Position numbers and translations under genes: made by a program. A stretch of DNA of 64,000 nt from Amoebophrya sp. A120 (taxonomy: Eukaryota > Protista > Dinoflagellata), in contig CAJINV010000001.1 in NCBI GenBank assembly GCA_905178155.1, forward strand, positions 6,667,860 to 6,731,859, written 5' to 3'. Below, in pieces: positions 46,007 to 56,585 of this stretch (within the stretch, counting starts at the first letter, position 1; each line of letters begins with the position of its first letter). The notes beneath the pieces were generated by a model. The model saw nothing but the letters and a program-made list of their open reading frames with translations, was not told where the DNA came from and ran no database searches.

Positions 46007-46861
46007 CTAATTGACGAGTCCCTGAGAGTAAGTCGTGGCTGGCAAGCTCGTGTCAAAAAACCAGTCCGCCTCGTGATCGGCCATGATCGTTTCGACCATG
46101 GGCTCCGTCAGATACACCAAGGGGTTCGAGCCGTCGCGATTCTCGGCCAGCAGCACCGACAACATGGTACTGCAGGTCTTACCCTCCCCCGGAATGTGAT
46201 AGGTTCTGCTGTGCGCCTCCCGAAAGGCGGCGGCCGGTAAGACGTTTTGCCCAACAAAGAGGCAGCGCGTGGCCTCGTTCACCGAGTTCATGTCCCATTG
46301 CAGCGCCCCGTTGCTCGTGCTTATCTTCGGGCGCTTGAAAAAGAACAGCAGCTCGTCGGTGTCCTCGCACCACACCTCTTCGCCGACCCATTCGTGCTTG
46401 CTGGTCGGGTTCTTCAGAAAGGAGGAGAGCCCGTTCTCTTTGAAGACACTGTTGTGGTACTTGTTGCGCTGGGTGACCTCTTTCACCTTCTTCCCCCTAG
46501 GGTCCTCCTTGCACAGGTAGAGTTTCTGCCACTTTTTCGTGACAGCGATGATTCGCTCGGTTTTTGCATCCTCGCAGCACGCGTAGGGGTGGGTTTTCAG
46601 CGTATTGGCCAGAAAGCCGTCGACGAATTGCTTGGTCGCGTTTTCCAGCGAAATCTTCTTGGCCGTCGGGTCAGGAGAAGTGCCGCACAGCTTCTGGACC
46701 TTTTCCTCGCTCGACATTTTCTGGTCGACGCCCCCCATCTTCTTGCTCTTGCTTGGGGTGACAGCTTGATAGAAGTCACTCCTCTCAGTCCTCGTGGTTG
46801 TACAACCGCCATGGTCGTGGGACGAAAAAGTTCTTGTCGGGGAGATTCTTTCCGTCGTCAA
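46007..46861 (-). CDS. Hypothetical protein
   Basis: 284 aa ORF with GC3-rich coding-like pattern; no recognised domain. Confidence 0.6.
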   Translation of the reverse strand: MTTERISPTRTFSSHDHGGCTTTRTERSDFYQAVTPSKSKKMGGVDQKMSSEEKVQKLCGTSPDPTAKKISLENATKQFVDGFLANTLKTHPYACCEDAKTERIIAVTKKWQKLYLCKEDPRGKKVKEVTQRNKYHNSVFKENGLSSFLKNPTSKHEWVGEEVWCEDTDELLFFFKRPKISTSNGALQWDMNSVNEATRCLFVGQNVLPAAAFREAHSRTYHIPGEGKTCSTMLSVLLAENRDGSNPLVYLTEPMVETIMADHEADWFFDTSLPATTYSQGLVN

Positions 46862-47742
46862 GAAGGTCGCCGTGGTGATGGAATCGATAGCACAAGGTGG
46901 TTATAGTCCTCTACAGCTCCAGATCGACGAGCAGATGAATCAGAATTCGGAAACGATGGAGCCGGCAAGTCAATTGTTTGAATATCAGCTGGACAAAGAA
47001 AAGGGATCAACTGAAAATGTACGTAAAACTTCTTCTCGAGGAGGTAGAGGAGCCCAGTAAAGAGTTGCACTTGTGAAAACCTAATGCACAACTTCGAGAG
47101 GGATCCCAACTGTGTAAGCTTCGCCTTCGCGAACAAACATGCACAGATTGACGCGAACACGACTAGTGATGTTGACACGCATGGTGAAAAAGCTATACCC
47201 CGCAGGGGCAGGAGTTGTCCGAATGGTGAAGAAGAAGATGTTGTTCTTTTGCAGGACTATGCAAACAACATGCAGTGAAGCGAAAGAATTCTTCGAGATC
47301 ACATGTTTGAATGAAGATATGAGCATCAAGCTCTCTGGACGGGAACGGGATGCGCTTAGTCATGATCATTCCGACGCGGTCGGAAGGTCCAACTTTTATT
47401 GTACAGAAAAACTAAAAAGAGGTGCGAAAGTAATACACTCGGAATTTACGCACCACACAAGAACGCCTCGACTTCATATTCATCTTCTTTTTCATCCCAT
47501 CAGGGTGGGTATAAGATGAGAAAGATACTTGGTAGGTGAGCATTGATTCCGCTGTGTGCGTCGACTGAATGAAGAAAATAAGGAGCCGTGGGTGGCGGGT
47601 AGCATTAGCAGTATGCAAGTATATGAGTAGAAAAAAAAACATGTTGAAGAGTGAAACAACTACAACGGTTACCACGGTAGCTTTGCTTAGCATTAACATT
47701 ATGTTGACAGATAAACCCGAAAAAAGAACTAAACCCAGCCCT

Positions 47743-49604
47743 TTACGTCTGCGATGAGAGCACCTCGTGCGCAAACTCCTCGAACTCGATCTCTCCGGAG
47801 CCGTCCGCGTCGGCGATCTCGAGCATCTCCTCCGCCTCGTCAGCGGTCATTGCGTTTCCCACCCCCTTCATCAGCAAGCGCAACTCGTTGGCGGAAATGG
47901 ACCCGCCGCCGTCTCTGTCCATCAGGTCGAACGTTTCCCGGAGCTCCACCTCGGTGAGTGGCGGTTTTCGGAACAGAGCCATCATGTCCAGAAAGCGCTG
48001 GAAATCCCAGAGGCCCACGCCCTCGGGATCCGACTGGTTCACCGCCCACTCCATCTCCTCGGCGTCTTGGCCTGTGATTATTTCCATTTTGGCAGAAATT
48101 GATATGTGTCTGTGTATGTGTTCGCTCAAGCAACATACACCTTACTTTAATCATGCCCATGATCATCTCTTCGTTCGCCGCAGTTTGACATCAACAGCAC
48201 AGATTTATGTCCAAATCGTGAGGAGCAGGAACATAGTTAAGCTTAGGCTCTCTGTTGAGACTGAGACAGCACGAGGATCGGGATCTGCATAACATCTATA
48301 TTGCAGCACTCCAAAATTTCTACCTTGTCCAATATGTTCCATGGCTCTGGCGACCTGTGGTGGGGTGAGCAGCCCCTCGCCGAGCGTATCGACCAGGTGA
48401 AAACCGCGGGCAAAGTCGGAAAGTTCGAAGGGTGCGAAGGTGTACTTGTTTCGGATTTCGTACTTGTAGAAGTGGTAGAGCTCGGTATGGAGCTGTCAGG
48501 TTTGAAATCGTCAAAGTTGAAATAGTTTGTCATGCATAAAATGCAACACAGAAAGTGCCTGTCTTGCAGAGTAGGCAAGGGAAGCAGATTGTCAGCCTGT
48601 TTCGGGGTAGAAATAGAGCTGCTAAAGTAGCACGACAAAAGGCGTCTTCCTTACCCAAACAGCATGACAAATTGGATTCCGGTGCTCCGAAAATTTGTCA
48701 TGCGCTGCTTGAAAATTGGTCTTCCAACTGGTATCCATTTTATGCATGACAAATCATTTCAACTTTGTCGATTTCGATCCTGACACTCCCATACTCGGCT
48801 CGGTCGTCGTAGTCCGCGAAGGGATCGTAGTCGAGTTCCGCCAGGGGTGCCTTCAGTCGCACGCTATCCGGTACGGGGGCATCGTACTCCTCTCCGTCGC
48901 TACCGACCAAAATGTCGAGCGGACCCGGAAGCTTCATACTCGACAGGCTGCGCAGGCTGCGTGCGCTGCCCCCCAGCGGCGACTTGGGAGAAGGCTTTGG
49001 TTGCACCGCCGCCTCGTCTTCGCCCGCAGCGTTGTTTTCGGGTGTCGGTGGTTTTGAAGATGCGGCGGGTGCGGTCTCATCGCCAGCGGGGACGCCTTCG
49101 GTTGCTCCTTCCGTGGCATCGGCAGCTCCGGTCGTTTCCTCGGCGGGTGCTGCTGCCTCTTGTGCTGCTGGTTCCCCCTCAGCCCCACCCTCGGGTGACG
49201 CCTCCACAGCTGCTTCCTCTGCGCCCGCAGCCTCGCCGTCAGCCCCGGCGTCGTCGGCTGTTGATTTGGAGGAGAAAATTTCAAATGAAACGTGTCGCAC
49301 TTGAATATCATTTCAATCTTCTGGCAGGGTTTTGACCTAAAACGAGCCTCTTGGACTATGTCTGATCTCACACTGTGGTGGGCCTACCGTATCCTCTCAA
49401 CATCTCACTTAGGTCGCCGGGCTTTCGCTTTGGCGTGTAATGCTACTAAAACTACTTATATGCAAAAACCAAATAAAAAACCACTAGCAAATCATCAATC
49501 TCAATACCCTGCTTCTCAGCAGCATCCGCTGCTTCTGCTTCCTTCGCTCCCTCTTCCAGCAAGGTGGGAGCAGGCTGCTCCGCCGTAGCTTCTGGATCTG
49601 ACAT
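47743..49604 (-). CDS. Calmodulin/centrin-like EF-hand protein with acidic Ala/Glu-rich N-terminal extension (4 exons)
   Basis: EF-hands DRDGGGSISANE and DADGSGEIEFEE, plus degenerate DTLGEGLLTPPQ and DPEGVGLWDFQR. Introns 49258-49507 (GT-AG), 48482-48794 (introner) and 48072-48323 (GT-AG) give one open frame. Confidence 0.85.
48482..48794 (-). other. Inverted-repeat introner intron E3 (non-canonical GT-GA)
   Basis: ~60-nt complementary arms (48485-48543 vs 48736-48794). Direct repeat CTCGG at 48481-48485 and 48794-48798. Removing 313 nt gives DYDDRAELYHFYKY in frame. Confidence 0.88.
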
Positions 49605-50392
49605 GCCTTCTGCCGCGGTGATTCAAAAAAAAAAGACTTGGTGATAGTAAATGAAAACAAAGTGGAAAAGCGGGTGTGATTGCAACGATGAGTGGGTACC
49701 TGCCAGATGTTTTTGTTGAGATCAGCGTCTCCTTGAGCTTGAGCTTTGCGAGGTCTTTGCACGAGAGGCTTCTACTGAAGATCAGTCTGCACGATGCGGA
49801 GACACGACACGATTGCTGAAAAGTGGACGTTCTAGATCAATGTTTTCACTACTTATGCTCCGTTTTAATATCACGATGAGAGTGCGTTGCACGGTTGAGT
49901 TCACGACTAGAGGTTGAGCTGTACGATGACCGAAGAGCAATACTAGCCTGCGATACTAGTAGTAGAACGACTACTTTGATGTGCGCACGTTTTTTGTTTC
50001 ACAAGACTAAGTGGCACGCTTCAACAGCTGTTTTCGTCTGTTAAGCGCACCACGTACGAACAGCTTTGCACTTTTACTTTTATCGGCGTCCCTTAGCTAG
50101 TGGATCGCTCTTTTTTTTTGGTGATTTCTCCCGTCTGCGCCGTTCATAGAAGTTGTACAGCCGTTTTGAAACTTTAACTTTTTGTTTTCAGCAGTCTCTC
50201 GCAGTATTATTCTGTTCTCTAGCTCTACCTTTTGCAGGCATAACGAAATTTTGTGCAGATTCTTGTTTTCACCATAACTCTCAATCATAATCATGCTCAT
50301 TGAACAAGCAAACATACCCATTTTGTATACTTACTGCAGCAAACGCAAAGACAGAAATGCAGAGAAAGGCGTGCGGGGCCACCACGATATAC

Positions 50393-53300
50393 CTAAGATG
50401 AACACCCGACGACCCCATGTTGTCCACCCGCACCGGCCGACCCCGTCGCGGCCCTATCCTTCCGTTCGAGAGCGACACATTCGCGGATCAAGGCCTCCCG
50501 CTCGCGCAGCTTCGCGCGGTAGGTGCTCAGTGCCTCGAACTCCTCGCGTTTGGCCTTCAAATTACGAAAATGGTTCTCGTAATCCTCCCCCACCTGGTCC
50601 ACCGTGTCGTACACGGACTCGAGCAGTTTCCGCTTCTCCGCGATCAGAATAGCGTGCTCCCGGTCCCACAGGTGACTGTGCGGCTCCCAGTTGGTCATGT
50701 CCTCCCGCAGGAGTTCGTCCTGTTCCGGTCGTTCCCCAGCAGTCCGATTGAAATAAAAGTCCGTAGTGCTGTTTTGGAGTTGCCTGCAAAACAGTTCCTC
50801 GAGCTCCAAGAGGAGCTGCTCTTCGATGCATGCATACAGCTCGTCTCGCTGCAGCCGATCTGCCTGAAAAGCTGCCTCTGCTTCAGTGAAGCGATCGGTG
50901 CAGTTTGCAATCTGCACTGTGGTTTCGTGAATTTTCTCTTCCCACTCCTCTAGCTCTAGCAGAAGCCCGCGCACAACCGTGTACCAATCCTGTTTCCGCT
51001 TTTGGCTCTGCTTCTGCGCTTTACTTCGAAGAGAGGATGTTGATCTCGACAAAGAATCATTCTTCTTGTTGCTGGAGCTATTTGGTGCGCATTCAACCGT
51101 TGTCGCAACATCTTCTTCAGGCAGCGGCTCAGCCTCGGCCGTTTCCAGGCGGCTTTTGCAGTCTACGCACCGTGCGTTTTCGTAGGTGAGTCTCTCGCGC
51201 AAGGCTTGCAGCTTCCGCCACTCGGTAGAACTCAAGTCCGGATTGCATTTTAGAATCCGCTCCTGGCGCACACGATCGAACTCTGTCTGCACAAACAGAA
51301 TGCGCCCGCCAAGCTCCTCCTGTGCATGCTTTGCGACCTGGAACTTGTCCACGTGGCCGACCTGCACGTGCGCCTGCTGCGTTATTTCAGGGAATACACA
51401 TGGCTCGTCCTCTATTTTCGGGTACAGATCATACTGACACTGAGGTGCGGGATTGCGGTCCATTTTTGTATCACCTAGTTGTACACAGTCCTTCAACGGG
51501 AGGCTCCGCAGGTTTGCCAGATGCCAGAAGTAGAAGGCGGAGTCGCTGGGAAACGTACTGTCGTCTGTCGATGCGTTCGCGTCGAACTGGAAACGGTCCC
51601 GCAGCGCGCGCTCCGGCGACCCGGACCAGGCCCGATACGGTCCGTCAAAAATGGGCTGCAAGCGCCGCACCAACCGGACCGTGAGAGGACACCGACTTGC
51701 GCGCGCTTGCAATTGGAAGAGAGCGGTGTCCAGGATCCGGTGCTCGCTCAAAGCGGTTGTACTATTGGCGTTCCCTGTGGCTCCAGCGGTAGTTGTTCCA
51801 GACGCGTTAGACGAGGAATTTTTACCGCTCTCCGAAACCTGCTGCACCGCAGCCGGTACCGCTCCTGGAGTATGACTGTGCCCAAGAACGGCACGCGCAT
51901 TCACCCACGGCATCCCGAAGAGGGCAGCTTCGCGGCGCTCCTTCCGCATCAGATCGAAGTTGATGGAAGTGGTTGGGGCACGGGAGGACGTGCAAGTTTT
52001 GTTGATCAACGAGTCGCCCTCGGCAAACCCAGCCCCTGCCCTCGCCGAAACTCCTGCCGTCCTTTGCTCAGACGGCAATTTGTTCATCTTTCTCGTAGAG
52101 GCCATGGACGACATTGTCGAAGGTTCTCGTTCCAAATTGCGCTCGGACGAGTGCGCGCCACCAGCTGTCCGCGTCGACGAGGAAGAACCACTTCCAGCGC
52201 CGATAACCTTTTCTGTGTCCCTTTGCACAATCCCTGCGGCCCGGAGCGCGAACAGCATTCGTACGGACGCGCTGTTAGAGAATCGAACTAGTGTACCCTC
52301 GCCGGTTGCCATCTTCCTCGTCGGTTGTAGCGCGTCCGCGGTGCAGGGTGCTGTATCTTCCTCGTCATCGTCGCCGGGGAAAATGTTGAACCGGTAACGA
52401 TCCGGATCAGAAGATGTTGACGCACTGGAGTCAATAGGTCTACTTGCAGATCCGCCATTCATCGATTTGCTCGTGGTACCTCCAGGAACGAAGCTACCGC
52501 TCGTACTAGGTTCTTGGCCTTTCCTCTCTGAACTCGATAAGGATGAAGACCCATTTCCGCCACCTTCCGGCGACGTCGCTGTGGTGCTCACCACCAATTC
52601 GAGCTTGAATGGCGAAAAGATCTGCGAGTCAGCAATTGCAGGGGCAGAAAAGCCACAAGCATCGCGAACCTCCGATAGCCCGTTGGCGCCTAGGCAGAGC
52701 AATAGAAGCAAGCACTGTCGTTGTTGCAAACTTTCCGCGAGTTCGCTGGTCTCACCATCACCTTGAAAATGTTCCGCCAGTGACAACAACCACGCAAGCA
52801 GAGCTACCGGCTCGTCGCTTTCAGGTTTTCTGATGCTGGATGCGGGCAACATCGTGACATCATGTTCTTTTTCCCCGACGAGCAAGCTAGCATCGCGTAG
52901 CGCTTCGCCGCTTTCGTCCGGAAGCGGTTGTAGTTCCGTCTCGCATTTCTTATCATCTGCAAGCTTTCCCATCGCGGAACGAATGGCTGTTCCCGCGGCT
53001 GCAGTCGAGGCCTGCAGCAGCCTTGCCGTGCCTGACAGCAGAATCATTGAAGAAGAATCGTCGTCATCTCCTTGCGCTTTTAAATCAGCAAAAATTCCCT
53101 CGGTCGCTATGTCGTGCAAGGTGTTGCCTGAGGCAAGCGGGTCGGTAGATGTCCCGCTAACGGTCGGTTCAAACTTGCGTATTCGCTGGGTACGGAGAGA
53201 CCTAGCGCGGCACTGAAAATTATCTTGCAGCAGTTCGCTTCCATTTTCATCGGCATGGCCGTACTTTTCACCGAAATGAGAAAACTCAGTGAGACAGGCT

Positions 53301-53995
53301 TCCAGCAAGTTCCAATGGGCGTATAAGCTCCGGAGTAGATGCTGGCGGAATCGTGTCGGTTTTTCAAGTTGCTGCGGGTGTACCATAGAGCATGGGTCGC
53401 CGTCTTGACTACTAAGATCATTTTTTGAAGAAGCCGCGCCGGACAGCGCCATCGAAGATTGTTCCCAGGTGAGTAGCTCCAAGACGAAAACGATCATGTT
53501 GAGCGCATCGAAGGCCAGCAACACATGCGCTGAAAATTCGTCGCTGCTCGCCTCCTCTGACAAAACTTCGCTTTTCCTGGGGTTGCCTGACAGGGAGCGG
53601 GAAGCACACCTTTTCAAATCGACACGCAGATTGATCGCCTCTTGCCAATCAATCGCGAGGCGCGTCGGCAAGACACCTTCATGCGTGAGGCGGTCGAGTA
53701 GGGTCGAACTCTGGCACAGGAGCTCGTTTGAAGCGGCAATTGCGGAAGAACTGCAGCTTCCTGGATCGTCTAAACTGGTGCCGTTTTGCCCGCGGCCTTG
53801 CAGGTGCAGGTGTTCTCGATTTTGCCGGGCTGCCATCGTTGCAATGAAACCAAATAGAATAATCTGGCGCTGCACTAGTATTTGGATTTGGTTTGCAGCC
53901 TCTAGTTCTCCGCCTGTCGCACGGACTGGTGATCTTCTCGCTTTCTCTACATTTTGGATTGGTTTTTCCGTGGTGCGCCTGCAGCTGCACCACAC
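50393..53995 (-). CDS. Large hypothetical protein with C-terminal coiled coil
   Basis: ~1200 aa uninterrupted ORF with an E/R/L-rich heptad-like C-terminal third. The probable start is the ATG near 53836. Confidence 0.7.
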   Translation of the reverse strand: MWCSCRRTTEKPIQNVEKARRSPVRATGGELEAANQIQILVQRQIILFGFIATMAARQNREHLHLQGRGQNGTSLDDPGSCSSSAIAASNELLCQSSTLLDRLTHEGVLPTRLAIDWQEAINLRVDLKRCASRSLSGNPRKSEVLSEEASSDEFSAHVLLAFDALNMIVFVLELLTWEQSSMALSGAASSKNDLSSQDGDPCSMVHPQQLEKPTRFRQHLLRSLYAHWNLLEACLTEFSHFGEKYGHADENGSELLQDNFQCRARSLRTQRIRKFEPTVSGTSTDPLASGNTLHDIATEGIFADLKAQGDDDDSSSMILLSGTARLLQASTAAAGTAIRSAMGKLADDKKCETELQPLPDESGEALRDASLLVGEKEHDVTMLPASSIRKPESDEPVALLAWLLSLAEHFQGDGETSELAESLQQRQCLLLLLCLGANGLSEVRDACGFSAPAIADSQIFSPFKLELVVSTTATSPEGGGNGSSSLSSSERKGQEPSTSGSFVPGGTTSKSMNGGSASRPIDSSASTSSDPDRYRFNIFPGDDDEEDTAPCTADALQPTRKMATGEGTLVRFSNSASVRMLFALRAAGIVQRDTEKVIGAGSGSSSSTRTAGGAHSSERNLEREPSTMSSMASTRKMNKLPSEQRTAGVSARAGAGFAEGDSLINKTCTSSRAPTTSINFDLMRKERREAALFGMPWVNARAVLGHSHTPGAVPAAVQQVSESGKNSSSNASGTTTAGATGNANSTTALSEHRILDTALFQLQARASRCPLTVRLVRRLQPIFDGPYRAWSGSPERALRDRFQFDANASTDDSTFPSDSAFYFWHLANLRSLPLKDCVQLGDTKMDRNPAPQCQYDLYPKIEDEPCVFPEITQQAHVQVGHVDKFQVAKHAQEELGGRILFVQTEFDRVRQERILKCNPDLSSTEWRKLQALRERLTYENARCVDCKSRLETAEAEPLPEEDVATTVECAPNSSSNKKNDSLSRSTSSLRSKAQKQSQKRKQDWYTVVRGLLLELEEWEEKIHETTVQIANCTDRFTEAEAAFQADRLQRDELYACIEEQLLLELEELFCRQLQNSTTDFYFNRTAGERPEQDELLREDMTNWEPHSHLWDREHAILIAEKRKLLESVYDTVDQVGEDYENHFRNLKAKREEFEALSTYRAKLREREALIRECVALERKDRAATGSAGAGGQHGVVGCSS

Positions 53996-54099
53996 TGAAG
54001 ACGAACCTGAAATAAACGGCAGCGGCGATCTATTAGGTTACCAATTAGAGCTGCATACACTGCATGTCGATATATTTACTGCTTAACGACACATAGACG

Positions 54100-56150
54100 A
54101 ACCTGCGCCGCAAACAGGCTTTATAACATTGTCAATCAAGCCCACGCCGCCAGCGGGCAGACGTGAAAAGGCAAGCGAAAGGGATTCAAAAGACCTTGAC
54201 GACACCAATCACTAGTTACTCACTGAACAACGAACCAGGCCGGCCGCGCGGCCACCAAGGTAAGTGGTTGGACGCCAACCATGGAAAGGGCGGCAGGAGC
54301 CGCGACAATCTGAAGATGAAGACGAACCACGCGGGGGCGCAGGCAGCTGCTGAAGCTTGGCGCGGGCTGCGTCGCGACGCTGCATGCACCGCCCTCGCGC
54401 GCCGGGCCATGCGTAGCGGGAGAAGACTACGAATGCAGTAGAGGCAGGCGGCCACCGCCAAACAAAACTGCGATCGAACGGGGCGGGGGACGCCGGCTAA
54501 AGGCCGCCACCGACCACGGAAGGAAGCGCCGGCAGTGCACATGCCGAAGAGCCGGCGCGTGGTTGCCGTGTCGGTCCGCTGGGTGCGTGGACCGGTTGCG
54601 GGCGGCCGCTCGCTACTTGGATCTATCAGACAGCGAGGCCGGCCGGCGGCCCGGGACAGGGGCTGAAGGCCTTCCCTTGCTGCGCCCCGGCCACCACATT
54701 TACCACCGCCGGGCCCGCCGCACGCCGCCGGCTCGGCCGCGCAGGAAACAAGTAGGGGCCGCGCCGTTGCCCCCGCGGGCGGCCGACTGGCACCGGCCTG
54801 GCCGGACGCGCCACGGACTCGCCTGGGCGCGCTGCCGAGGAGCGCCCATCGCCCGCGCGCGGCTCAATATGCTGGGCCTGCGTCCCCCGCGTCAGACAGG
54901 AACCACTTCCGGGGGCGGCCGGCGAGGTTAAGGGCGCCCCGCTTCTTACCGCCCGCGCCCGGGAGCGTGATCGCATTGCGCCATGCCTACGGGCAGCCCC
55001 TTGCCGGGCAGCAAAGGGGCGGCCCAAACCAAGCCCAACCCCGCCAGGGGCCTCCGCCGGCTCCGCTGCGGCCGGCGCTTTCGGAACGGCGCCCCGCGGC
55101 GGGATTCAACTGCTTTCAACGCTCGGGCCGCCGATGAAAACCGCCTGGCAACCACCGAACCACACGCCGGCCCCGCGAACTTGCCGCAGATACGCTGCCG
55201 CGTCTTCAGTCGCTTCCCGCCGAAGGCTGTACGCTTCGCCGATCGCGATCAAGCGCACAACGCGAAGAAGTTCCAAAACGCTGTCGCCGCCAATCTCGAA
55301 AACCGGATGGCTATGCGCAAGCCCTCGCGGCGCAGGCTTGCACCGGAGCGCCTTGGCTGTGCAAGGTGATGCCGGTGGTCAGCAGGGCTGCCGCGGCGCC
55401 AATCGCCGCCCCGACAAATTAACGCCAGGACGCCTTGGCCCCAATACGGCCGCGAGATAGCCTCAACAGCCATGGGGGGTCTTCCGCAACCGAACGGGCT
55501 TGGCTGGAAGCGCAGCGCTTCGCTTTCCCCGTCCGTGTCCTGTTACAATATCGAGGAGCGCACGCTGGTCCAGGTTTGGGCAAACGCGGCGGCGCAGGGC
55601 CCCCCAAGCGCACCCGTGGGGCCGCTGCCCCTCCATGCCAGTCGCAGTTCACAGCGTCTCGAAAATTGCATCACGGAGCCAAAGCGTCGCATTAATATTC
55701 ACCCGCAGCCCAGGCACTGGACCGCTGCCGCCGGTCTGCCTCTGTCTTCGCCCGTGCTGCTGTCGTTAGACGGAGACAGATCATCCCGCCAGCTGCGCAA
55801 AAGTTCGAGAGCGACGGGCCCGACACGGCTCGCCACATCCTTGGCAAAATCCTGCGCGTACTGACTGGCTGAATTTTCCAGATACGTCATGGCCTCACAT
55901 ATCCCTCGCGCCTCGCCGCTAGCCTTAAGATCGTGCGCGCCCCGGCTCTTCGCCAAAACACACCAGGGTCGGGCCTTCGCCAAAATGCCCCTCCAGGTCG
56001 CGGCGCGCAGTGTCTTCGCAATCGCGAACAGGCTGCATCGTCGCGCCCTCCTTGCCACCAGCTCAAAAAATGAGCCCGCGCGGCTCCTCCGTCGCCTTTG
56101 GACGCGCTGCGATAGATGTATTAGGGCATACGCAGACTAGACAAAAATGG
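54100..56150. mobile_element. GC-rich island, probably a decayed retroelement remnant
   Basis: Abrupt rise in GC and no coherent ORF. Faint minus-strand fragments recall Gypsy RNase H/integrase (AVEAISRPYWG; EATEDAAAYLRQ..WFGGCQAVFIGG). Confidence 0.3.
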
Positions 56151-56585
56151 TCGAGCCAGCGTTATGCTGAACACAGGTGACGCGTCAATCTTTCCGCGAT
56201 AGATTCCTCTTTCAGTGCGGGCACGTGGAAGTGTGAAGGTGAACGTAGAACATCAAGCCGGAGTTCTTGTTTCTTGATTTCATCGCGCACTGACATCATA
56301 AATCGTACCAAAATTCTCTTCGTAGAAGTGCCTCTTCCTTCAGAAACATTGAAGCCGTGATCATTTGGTAATGTTGGATCATAGCTCTTTGAATATTGAC
56401 GGTATTGGGCACAAACCCAGCTCCATCTTCGGAGGACAAAATGTACTGATCTGCGGTCTTGCCTCTTGGCAAAGTTAGTCCCTACAAGGTAGAACTTGAT
56501 GAAACAAACTCACTGGGCAGCAGACCTCAGTGATATTGGTAACAAGAAACCTTTAACATTTATGTCTGGAGGCGGCTTGCCTATC

